Source: an uncultured Oscillospiraceae bacterium
GTDB taxonomy: Bacteria; Bacillota; Clostridia; Oscillospirales; Oscillospiraceae
Assembly (NCBI GenBank): GCA_964586875.1
Contig: CAZPJH010000001.1
Location: 6,721-70,720, forward strand
DNA: 64,000 nucleotides
Reading direction: 5' to 3'
Positions within the stretch are counted from its first letter, which is position 1. Every line of letters starts with the position of its first letter. The translations under genes were made by a program, and so were the position numbers. This document shows positions 56,059-64,000 of this stretch, in pieces. The notes below the pieces were generated by a model. That model worked only from the letters and a program-made list of their open reading frames with translations, made no database searches and was not told the DNA's origin.

Positions 56059-58394
56059 AAGATCCCTCCTAAAACCAAACGCACCAGCAGGGTGACCAGC
56101 CATGCAATGGCACATTGCCACAGCACGACACCTGCTGCCCATTTGCCGCCTAACTCTCGACGGACGGCGGCGATTGCAGCTATGCAGGGGGTATACAGCA
56201 GACTAAAAACCAGCATGCTGGCGGCGGTCAGGGGAGTGATGGCGGTGGTGATGGATGTGCCAAATAGCACCTCCATGGTGGCTACCACACTTTCTTTTGC
56301 CATAAAACCGCTGATCAGGGATGTACAGATCCGCCAATCTCCCAGGCCGATGGGCTGAAACAGGGGAACAAGAAGCCCTGCCAGTACAGCCAAAATGCTG
56401 TCTTGAGAGTTGTCCACCATGTTCAGCTTCAAATCAAAGCTCTGCAAGAACCAGATAGCAATGGATGCCAGCAGAATTACGGAGAATGCACGCTGCAAGA
56501 AGTCTTTGGCCTTTTCCCACAGCAGTTGGGATACATTTTTTGCCCCGGGCAAACGGTAGTTGGGCAATTCCATGACGAAGGGGACCGCCTCGCCTTTAAA
56601 GGCAGTTCCTTTCATCAGGTAGGCCATGCCGATGCCCACGGCGATCCCAAGGAAATACAGCCCTGTCATAATAAGACCACGATAGGCCGGGAAGAAACTT
56701 GCTACAAAGAAGCCGTAAATCGGCAGTTTTGCAGAGCAGCTCATAAAGGGGGTCAGCAAAATGGTCATTTTTCGGTCACGTTCGCTGGGCAGTGTCCGGG
56801 TGGACATGACCGCCGGAACAGTGCAACCGAAGCCGATGAGCATCGGAACGATACTCCGTCCGGAAAGACCCATTCGCCGCAAAAGCTTATCCATAAAGAA
56901 GGCGACCCGGGCAATATAGCCGCTGTCTTCCAACATGGACAGGAAGAAGAACATGATGACAATGATGGGCATAAAGCTGAGAACGCTGCCCACACCGGCA
57001 AAAATACCGTCGATGATCAGGCCGTGGATGGCGGAATTGACGTTGGCAGAAGACAAGGCGCTGTCCACGATTGCGGAAAGATGATCAATGCCTGTTTCCA
57101 GAAGCCCCTGAAAAAATGCACCGATGACCTCAAATGTCAGATAAAAAACCAGCAGCATAATGCCGATGAAGCAGGGGATGGCAGTATATTTACCGGTGAG
57201 GATCCGATCGATCTTTTGGCTTCGCATCCGCTCCTTACTTTCGTGAGGACGGGTCACCGTTTGGGCACAGAGCCTTTGAATGAAGGCAAAGCGCATATCT
57301 GCAATGGCAGCAGAACGGTCAAGGCTGCGCTCGGCTTCCATTTGCAGCACGATGTGTTCCAGCATTTCGCCTTCGTTTTTATCCAGCCTCAGCTGTTCCA
57401 AAATCAGACTGTCACCTTCGATGGCTTTTGCAGAAGCGAAGCGCAGAGGCAGATCTGCTCGTTCAGCGTGATCTTCGATCAGGTGATCCACGGCGTGCAG
57501 GCAGCGGTGAACAGCACCGCCATAATCGTTTTTATCGCAGAAATCCTGTTTTTTCGGCTTTTCCTGATATTTTGCCACATGGATGGCGTGCTTGATCAGC
57601 TCATCGACGCCGAAATTTTTGGCTGCGGAAATGGGTACGACAGGAACGCCCAGCAGGGCTTCCATGCCGTTAATGTCGATAGAACCGCCGTTGCCGGTGA
57701 CTTCATCCATCATGTTCAGCGCCACCACCATAGGCACATCCATTTCCAAAAGCTGCATGGTCAGATACAGGTTGCGCTCGATATTGGTGGCATCGAGAAT
57801 ATTGATGATGGCCTTGGGCTTATCCAGCAGAATATGGTTTCGGGACACGATCTCCTCGCTGGAATAGGGGGACATGGAGTAGATGCCCGGAAGATCCACC
57901 ACAGAGGTGTTGGCATAGCCCCGAATGGGGCCGTCCTTTCGGTCAACGGTGACACCGGGGAAGTTGCCCACATGCTGATTAGAACCGGTCAGTCGATTAA
58001 ACAGAGTGGTTTTGCCGCAGTTCTGGTTGCCCACCAAAGCAAAAGTCAGCTCCGTGCCTTCGGGCAGGGGATCGCCGTCCCCTTTTTCGTGGTATTTGCC
58101 GCCCTCGCCAAGACCGGGATGCTGGAATTTGCTGAAGTTAACGGCACTTGTGTGGTTTTTGGTCCGCTTGGCAATGGGCTCGATGGTGATTTGAGCAGCA
58201 TCATCCAGACGGAGGGTCAATTCATAGCCATGGATCTGCAATTCCATGGGATCACCCATGGGTGCAAATTTTACCACGGTGACTTCCGCTCCGGGGATCA
58301 CGCCCATGTCCAGAAAATGCTGCCGTAGGCTGCCTTGGCCGCCCACAGCGGTGACAACGGCAGAAGCACCTACTTGTAATTCTTTCAGGGTCAT
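56055..58394 (-). CDS. feoB: FeoA-FeoB fusion ferrous iron transporter
   Basis: FeoA (FLDMGVIPG..APMGDP), GNQNCGKT, GNFPGVTV, DLPG, NMMD, GFGCTVPA, YTPC. Confidence 0.95.
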   Translation of the reverse strand: MTLKELQVGASAVVTAVGGQGSLRQHFLDMGVIPGAEVTVVKFAPMGDPMELQIHGYELTLRLDDAAQITIEPIAKRTKNHTSAVNFSKFQHPGLGEGGKYHEKGDGDPLPEGTELTFALVGNQNCGKTTLFNRLTGSNQHVGNFPGVTVDRKDGPIRGYANTSVVDLPGIYSMSPYSSEEIVSRNHILLDKPKAIINILDATNIERNLYLTMQLLEMDVPMVVALNMMDEVTGNGGSIDINGMEALLGVPVVPISAAKNFGVDELIKHAIHVAKYQEKPKKQDFCDKNDYGGAVHRCLHAVDHLIEDHAERADLPLRFASAKAIEGDSLILEQLRLDKNEGEMLEHIVLQMEAERSLDRSAAIADMRFAFIQRLCAQTVTRPHESKERMRSQKIDRILTGKYTAIPCFIGIMLLVFYLTFEVIGAFFQGLLETGIDHLSAIVDSALSSANVNSAIHGLIIDGIFAGVGSVLSFMPIIVIMFFFLSMLEDSGYIARVAFFMDKLLRRMGLSGRSIVPMLIGFGCTVPAVMSTRTLPSERDRKMTILLTPFMSCSAKLPIYGFFVASFFPAYRGLIMTGLYFLGIAVGIGMAYLMKGTAFKGEAVPFVMELPNYRLPGAKNVSQLLWEKAKDFLQRAFSVILLASIAIWFLQSFDLKLNMVDNSQDSILAVLAGLLVPLFQPIGLGDWRICTSLISGFMAKESVVATMEVLFGTSITTAITPLTAASMLVFSLLYTPCIAAIAAVRRELGGKWAAGVVLWQCAIAWLVTLLVRLVLGGIL

Positions 58395-58469
58395 AAAGTT
58401 CCCCCTTTCTATATCTGGGGTTATTATAATACTTTCTGCACCGCTGTACAAGAGAAAATATGAAAAATA

Positions 58470-58504
58470 TTGCCCCACCGATTTTTAAAAAATCGGTGGG
58501 GCAA
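58470..58504 (-). terminator. Terminator after the XRE regulator gene
   Basis: ttgccccaccgattttt / aaaaatcggtggggcaa. Confidence 0.75.
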
Positions 58505-58522
58505 CACAAATAGATGGTAAGC

Positions 58523-59698
58523 TTACAACTGTCGGATTTTTGTAACCCAGGCATTCCAACGGGGATCTTTCTGCATTTCGGCTTTGACCGATTCTGCTTC
58601 CGGCACACTCCACCAGGGCCAGTCTTCCGGCATGGACAACAGATCCGTTTTGGCGACTTCGGGGGCGCAGGGGGCTTTTTCCTCAGCCAGACGAATCAGT
58701 GGGGCAGTGTAGTGGGCGGCACCATTTTCGCAGACGGCAAGAAGTTTCTTCCCGTTATCCAGTGCACGGTCCAGTGCTTCAAAAGCCGCCTCCTGCTGAC
58801 CATCCAGCCAGAGATACAGCGAATGCAGCATTTCCAGACTGGCGACATAGCCATGGTGGCCGCCGTAGTTTCCGTCGGGACAAACAACGGCAAACAGCCG
58901 GATGGCACTGGCGATGCAATCCGCCTTTTCGTGGGCGGACAGATGCCGTTGATCGCCGGTGGTGATATTCACGATGAATACGGCACAGGCACGCAGGGAT
59001 GCCAGCAGAGTTTCACTGTGGGCTTTGACATACTGCTTTCCATCGCAGGCATAGGCTCGCAAAAATTCCCGACTGTTCCACAAATCCGGGGCAGAGTCTG
59101 CCAGCGCCATGGCTTTTTCGTGCTCTCCCAGATTTAGATAAAGCTGGGAAAGTTCATTGATCGCACGGTTTCGTGCAGCACCATTGGGCAGAGTTTCCAG
59201 AGCTTTTTCATAAAGGGGTACAGCTTCCAGCCATTCTTTGTAGGTTTTGTGCTTTTCGGTGTCGTAGACACTGTAGCCTTCTTCGTCGATCAAATGGCAC
59301 TCGCCGTAGCGGACATAGCCGGCGGTGTTTAGAACAGAAGCCAGGCAAAGCATCAGCTTTTCATTACCCGGAAATTCAACGAGGGCATTTCTGGCGAGTG
59401 CGATACAGGCATCGATATTCACGTCCACGCCCCTGTTTTGACGATCCATTTCGTCGATTTGTGAAACGAAGGCGTCAATGCGCTGCTCACGCCGGTTGGT
59501 ATAGCCGAACAGTTCGTCAATGGTGATGCCGAAGTAATTGGCAATAGAGGGGATCAAATTCATATCGGGATAGCTGCCGCCGGACTCCCATCGGGAAACG
59601 GCTTGCGAAGTGACACCCAAGGCGTTGGCCAGATCTTCCTGGGTTCTGCTGTCACGGTGGCGCAGGGTGCGGATCTTACCGCCCAGATCAAGTTGCAT
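58523..59698 (-). CDS. XRE (Cro/C1) HTH regulator with a TPR-like helical C-terminal domain
   Basis: TQEDLANALGVTSQAVSRWESG.SYPD; EAVPLYEKALE..LSQLYLNLGEHEKA. Confidence 0.85.
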   Translation of the reverse strand: MQLDLGGKIRTLRHRDSRTQEDLANALGVTSQAVSRWESGGSYPDMNLIPSIANYFGITIDELFGYTNRREQRIDAFVSQIDEMDRQNRGVDVNIDACIALARNALVEFPGNEKLMLCLASVLNTAGYVRYGECHLIDEEGYSVYDTEKHKTYKEWLEAVPLYEKALETLPNGAARNRAINELSQLYLNLGEHEKAMALADSAPDLWNSREFLRAYACDGKQYVKAHSETLLASLRACAVFIVNITTGDQRHLSAHEKADCIASAIRLFAVVCPDGNYGGHHGYVASLEMLHSLYLWLDGQQEAAFEALDRALDNGKKLLAVCENGAAHYTAPLIRLAEEKAPCAPEVAKTDLLSMPEDWPWWSVPEAESVKAEMQKDPRWNAWVTKIRQL

Positions 59699-59934
59699 TT
59701 TTCTTCCTCCTTGTGTTTGATCACCGGTGTAGCCTTATCATAACATATTTTCCGGGAGAAACAATTATCAATTGGTTGTTTCAAAATCAATCAATGGTTG
59801 GAAACGAAATCTTTATTGAACATTTTGGAAGGACAACTGTTGACGAAATCCGGTTTTTGCAATATAATATATTTAATAACCCCCAAAAGAGAGAAATTTT
59901 GCGGAGAAAATCTTAGAAATTGGTGGTGGAATGA

Positions 59935-60357
59935 ATGATGGATCCATTCTTGGCACGGACGATGGTGGAATCCCTGCGTAACGGTATCAACCCGGTGACG
60001 GGGCAGGTGCTGAGCAGTAACGATAGCTGCTCTAACGAGGAAGTGCAGGCGGCATTGCAGGCAGTGCTGGAGCATTGCACCATTGCGTCGGTGGAGCAGT
60101 ATATTCTTCAGGAACAGGAGGATAAGCAGTCTGCCCGGAAAAATCGTGGGTTGAAGAATGCCCAGCGGTATCCCAGAGGTGGCGAAGTGTGGTCGGCCAA
60201 GGAGGAGCAGGAGCTTCTGACCATGCTGCGGCGAGGGAAGAACATCTATCAGATCGCCCATGTCCTCAAGCGAACTCCCAGAGCCATTTCCGAGCGGATG
60301 AAGAATTTGCAGTGCGTTCCAACCCGGCAGATTAAAAAGACTGACAATCAGGAATAA
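59935..60357 (+). CDS. Hypothetical protein with a C-terminal Myb/SANT-like HTH
   Basis: GINPVTGQVL; WSAKEEQELL...IAHVLKRTPRAISERM; has its own promoter and terminator. Confidence 0.65.
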   Translation: MMDPFLARTMVESLRNGINPVTGQVLSSNDSCSNEEVQAALQAVLEHCTIASVEQYILQEQEDKQSARKNRGLKNAQRYPRGGEVWSAKEEQELLTMLRRGKNIYQIAHVLKRTPRAISERMKNLQCVPTRQIKKTDNQE

Positions 60358-60534
60358 AAATCGACACAGGATCGGAAATGGCTTTCTGATCCTGTGTTTT
60401 CGTTTTTTGAGGGCGGAATTTCTGCCACTGAGGGGCTGATTTTGACCAGTGGGTGAAAATCTTATGACAAGAAGAAAAAAGCAGTGTATAATAAGGCCAG
60501 TTCTTAAGAACGAGATCGGAAAGGAGCTGATGAT

Positions 60535-60969
60535 ATGAAAATCAAATTGGAATCGGCAGTGCTGGACGAAACGGAAGTCATCATCCGAGGGGATGTGGCA
60601 AGTCAGGAAGTGGCATCACTTCTGCAAATGCTGGGAAAGCGGAACACGGGTAAGATTCTTTTCTACAAGCAGGAGGAGCAATGTATCCTCAATGCAGATG
60701 AAATTGTATTTCTGGAGGTGCAGGACAGCCGAGTGTACGCCTATACAAAGTTGGATACATACGAAACCAAGCAAAAACTCTACGAAGTGAAGGAGCAGCT
60801 GCCCAGCCGCAGCTTTGTGCAGATCAATAAGAGTGTTATTGTGAACATCAACTGTGTCAAGTCCATCCAAGCGGAGTTCAGCGGAAACTATCGGCTGAAA
60901 CTGAAAAACCGCAAGGAGGTTCTAACCATTTCCCGGAAGTATTTTAAGGAATTTAAGGATCGTATTTAG
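60535..60969 (+). CDS. Stand-alone LytTR regulator
   Basis: KLYEVKEQL, FVQINKSVIVN, ISRKY; no receiver domain. Confidence 0.9.
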   Translation: MKIKLESAVLDETEVIIRGDVASQEVASLLQMLGKRNTGKILFYKQEEQCILNADEIVFLEVQDSRVYAYTKLDTYETKQKLYEVKEQLPSRSFVQINKSVIVNINCVKSIQAEFSGNYRLKLKNRKEVLTISRKYFKEFKDRI

Positions 60970-60980
60970 GAGGAACGGAT

Positions 60981-61373
60981 ATGAAAAAGAATTATTTGTT
61001 CAATGCAATTATGGGGATGGGCTTTGGCTTTCCGATCACCTTACTGTGCATGGTGTTGATCGGGGGCTATAACGAAGTATTGAGAGAGTTCATTGTTTGG
61101 ATGGTGGCATCTGCCTTGTACGGTGTGCTGTCCGGCGTGATTTATAACTGGAAAAATGACCTGCCCTTGTGGGGGGCGGTGGGACTTCACGCCCTGGGGT
61201 GCCTGACGATCACGATGGCGGCGGCTATGATCTGCGGTTATGTCAAAAGCGTTACAGATGTGCTGCCGGTGCTGATTCCTGCGGTGATCGTCTATCTGGT
61301 GGTTTATGCCATTTGCGTGCTGATGATGAAGCGCAGCGAAAAGCAGGTCAATAAGGCACTGGAAGAAAAGTAA
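60981..61373 (+). CDS. DUF3021-like membrane protein (LytTR regulatory system partner)
   Basis: Four TMs, a His in TM3, C-terminal KQVNKALE; downstream of LytTR. Confidence 0.75.
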   Translation: MKKNYLFNAIMGMGFGFPITLLCMVLIGGYNEVLREFIVWMVASALYGVLSGVIYNWKNDLPLWGAVGLHALGCLTITMAAAMICGYVKSVTDVLPVLIPAVIVYLVVYAICVLMMKRSEKQVNKALEEK

Positions 61374-61496
61374 AAAATATCCCGGAATTGGTGGGGCTTA
61401 CGCTTCCAATTCCGGGATTTGTTGTGGTCATAGGCTGGGCTTTCCTTGCAAAGAAAAGCCCAATGTGCTACAATGAAGAAAAAATGGGTGCTGCAA

Positions 61497-61802
61497 ATGA
61501 AAAAAGTAAAAATTACGGCCATTCGCAAGGCCTGCTATCCGAATTTGATAGAGAAGTACGAAAATCCCATTACCCACGCCTGCGATGTATCCGAAGGGCA
61601 GGTTTGGGTGTCGGAAAAGGGCTGCAAGCCAGAGGGCTTTTGTGACAGTGCATGGGAAAGCATGGCAGCATTTGTGGAGGAACTTGCCCATGGAGGCGGC
61701 AATTTTTACGATGGTTGGATGAAAGATCCCCATTCTGCCATGATCTCCTGCAACGACGGCTTTCGCCCGGTCAGCTTTTACTTGGAAACCATGGAGGAAT
61801 AA
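61497..61802 (+). CDS. TIGR04076 family protein
   Basis: KVKIT, PEGFCDSAW, SCNDGFRPVSF. Confidence 0.85.
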   Translation: MKKVKITAIRKACYPNLIEKYENPITHACDVSEGQVWVSEKGCKPEGFCDSAWESMAAFVEELAHGGGNFYDGWMKDPHSAMISCNDGFRPVSFYLETMEE

Positions 61803-61804
61803 AA

Positions 61805-62443
61805 ATGGCTTTCGACTTCAAAAAAGAGTACAAGGAATTTTACCTGCCCAAGAATAAACCCCAAATCGTGACCCTGCCGCCTATGAACTACATTGCAGTC
61901 TCCGGTAAGGGGGATCCCAACGAGGAAGGCGGGGCGTACAAGGCATCCATCGGCGTGCTGTATGCCATTGCCTACACCATCAAAATGAGCAAGATGGGCG
62001 ATCACCGCATAGAAGGGTATTATGATTATGTGGTGCCGCCGCTGGAGGGCTTCTGGTGGCAGGAGGGTGTGGACGGCTTCGATTATGGGAATAAGTCTAC
62101 CTTTCACTGGATCAGTGTCATTCGACTGCCGGATTTTGTGACGAAATCGGAATTTGACTGGGCGGTGGCGGAAGCCACCCGGAAGAAAAAGCTGGATTGC
62201 TCGATGGCGCAGTTTCTGACCATAGACGAGGGGCAGTGCGTCCAAATTATGCATCTGGGTGCCTTCGATGATGAACCAGCCACGGTAGCCGTCATGGATG
62301 CGTATTTGGAAGAAAACGGCTATGAAAATGACTTTTCTGGGACCCGACTGCACCATGAGATCTATCTGTCCGATGCCAGAAAGGTGGCACCGGAGAAATG
62401 GAAAACCGTCATTCGCCATCCCATTCGGAAGAAAAATGGATAA
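61805..62443 (+). CDS. GyrI-like small-molecule-binding domain protein
   Basis: DFKKEYKEFY.P, GKGDPN, VVPPLEGFWW, MHLGAFDDE, HHEIYLSD. Confidence 0.9.
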   Translation: MAFDFKKEYKEFYLPKNKPQIVTLPPMNYIAVSGKGDPNEEGGAYKASIGVLYAIAYTIKMSKMGDHRIEGYYDYVVPPLEGFWWQEGVDGFDYGNKSTFHWISVIRLPDFVTKSEFDWAVAEATRKKKLDCSMAQFLTIDEGQCVQIMHLGAFDDEPATVAVMDAYLEENGYENDFSGTRLHHEIYLSDARKVAPEKWKTVIRHPIRKKNG

Positions 62444-62480
62444 AAACCAATGCCGCCGGATCTCCGGCGGCATTTGATCT

Positions 62481-63032
62481 TTATAGGGGATGATATTTGC
62501 CGATTTCCCAGCCAAGCAGGCGCATGATTTCCAGCTCGTCCAGGGCATCAAAGAAGGCGTTGTGGCTTTCGTGGTATGTATGGTTATCGCTGAGCAGGCG
62601 GAGCATGGCTTCCACGCCGTAGCCCCGTTTCAGCCGCCCGGTGGAACAGCAATCGGCGGTGGAGGGGATTTTTGGGTTGTGCTGGCGATAGGCGGCAAGG
62701 CGCATAATGTCGTGCCAGCGCAGAGAGCGAAGCTCCGGCAGGTGATTGCGGTCAAAGCAGGCGTTGTAGGCGAAAACGGACTGGACACCGTGGCTGGCAA
62801 ACCAGCTTTGCAGATCGGCGATGGCCTCGGCTCTGGTGCAAAGAATGGGCGGCACCGGGGTGTCGATATAGAGGGTGCTTTCATACATGCCGCCGATTTG
62901 ACATTCTATGGGCAGGATATGGTATTTGGCTTCGATCAGCTCGAAGTTATCCTCGTCTGCAATGCAGCAGCCAATGCTCATGACCTGATCGGCCCAGTTG
63001 GTCTCGGTATCGATGACGGCGAATTTGCCCAT
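62481..63032 (-). CDS. DEDDh 3'-5' exonuclease-like protein
   Basis: VIDTET, AYNACFD, HNAFFDALDE. Confidence 0.8.
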   Translation of the reverse strand: MGKFAVIDTETNWADQVMSIGCCIADEDNFELIEAKYHILPIECQIGGMYESTLYIDTPVPPILCTRAEAIADLQSWFASHGVQSVFAYNACFDRNHLPELRSLRWHDIMRLAAYRQHNPKIPSTADCCSTGRLKRGYGVEAMLRLLSDNHTYHESHNAFFDALDELEIMRLLGWEIGKYHPL

Positions 63033-63146
63033 AAACGCTCTCCTTTCGGCGGTTGTAAGGATAGTATAGCGGAAAAGAATGAAAAAGGCAAGTTTACAAT
63101 GCAGATGTCAGTGTGCTATAATAAGAAAAAAGCGTGGGGTGGAAGA

Positions 63147-63662
63147 ATGGAACAGGCGGTACAGGTGGTCACCATTGAAAAAATGACCAAGCAGCTATGT
63201 CGGCAGTTTTACAAAGACTTTCAGATGGACCCGGCTCTTTATCTTGACCCAGCGGAATTTCGTCCCTTCGTTTACGAGGAAGCGGAGCGAGATGCCTATT
63301 TTGAGCGCTATCAGCAGTTGGGGCGAGTCCATCTGGCGGTGATGCTGGAAGGACAACCTATCGGGGAAATCGTACTGAAGAAAATGGATTGGAAACAGCG
63401 GTGCTGCACCATGGGCATTGTTATGCAGTGCGATGCCTACAAAAACCGAGGCCTTGGTACACAGGCGGAGCGTTTGGCACTGCAATATGCCTTTGGCGAG
63501 CTGGGGCTGGATACTGTGTATGCCGATGCAGTCCGCACCAACACCAGAAGTCAGCATGTTTTGGAAAAAGTGGGTTTCCGTTTTGTTAGGGAAGATGAAA
63601 CTCTCAAGTATTATGCAATTACAAAAGGGGAATGGCGGCAGTTTTGGTCCCAATTACGTTGA
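63147..63662 (+). CDS. GNAT (RimJ/RimL-like) acetyltransferase
   Basis: YKNRGLGT, NTRSQHVLEKVGF. Confidence 0.88.
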   Translation: MEQAVQVVTIEKMTKQLCRQFYKDFQMDPALYLDPAEFRPFVYEEAERDAYFERYQQLGRVHLAVMLEGQPIGEIVLKKMDWKQRCCTMGIVMQCDAYKNRGLGTQAERLALQYAFGELGLDTVYADAVRTNTRSQHVLEKVGFRFVREDETLKYYAITKGEWRQFWSQLR

Positions 63663-63896
63663 ATTTCCTGCGGAAACTGCCGCAGGACGAATAAAAATGC
63701 TCCCTCTTTGGGGGAGGTGAAGCCGCCGAACATCGGCGGCTTTTTCGTTCTTCGGGGAGAATATGCACGCTTTACATTGGAAACGAGCGGTGGTACAATA
63801 GGAGAAAATGCTGGAAGCGGAAACAAAGGTTTCCAAATTAGAGCCTTATCGGAGCGTTGCATTCTTCCATCATGTGATTTTGAGGAAAAACAGCCT

Positions 63897-64000
63897 ATGA
63901 AAGATTGGTACACGGTTGAGCAACTGGACGAAGCCACATTCGTCATCAGCGAATATGGGCATTGGGAGCAGACCCACTGCTATCTGCTGATCGGACATGA
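63897..64000 (+). CDS. Probable MBL-fold metallo-hydrolase (3'-truncated by window edge)
   Basis: MKDWYTVEQLDEATFVISEYGHWEQTHCYLLIG N-terminus. Confidence 0.7.
   Translation, partial: MKDWYTVEQLDEATFVISEYGHWEQTHCYLLIGH

Noticed and set aside
56403-58328. 641-aa plus-strand ORF
   Set aside because: Antisense to feoB
62490-63146. N-terminal extension of the 390-aa ORF (apparent GNAT fusion)
   Set aside because: It overlaps the minus-strand exonuclease gene; the real start is ATG 63147, downstream of its own promoter
63680-63695. GGACGA as a guanidine-II (mini-ykkC) loop
   Set aside because: The ACGA is not enclosed by a stem and there is no twin hairpin

Overview
This is a gene-dense, roughly 50% GC chromosomal segment whose gene content and sigma-A/RBS signals fit an anaerobic Firmicute (Clostridia, Oscillospiraceae-like; taxonomy is inference). 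It carries a 2-oxoacid:ferredoxin oxidoreductase (Vor-type) + ilvE operon, one intact and one broken MATE gene, a lipoprotein pullulanase, a cadA-type metal ATPase module, pgm, flavodoxin/DUF3793, a heterodimeric ABC exporter, a self-contained GlcNAc-type PTS cluster, two two-component systems, CIRCE-controlled clpB and feoAB. I saw no rRNA, tRNA, CRISPR array, prophage or transposase. The main leads are: (1) an operon at 37.3-43.5 kb that combines EetB/EetA/PplA/FmnB-like flavinylation genes with a truncated Rnf (C, D, G and a degenerate RnfA-like protein; no RnfE or RnfB), a candidate quinone-independent extracellular electron-transfer system; (2) an unannotated acidic/Cys-rich leader peptide whose stop codon sits in a terminator hairpin upstream of a CNNM/CorC transporter; (3) an ArsR-AraC fusion regulator with both operator types in its intergenic region; (4) a very compact attenuator upstream of a MATE gene; (5) a family of sequence-related palindromes between convergent genes.
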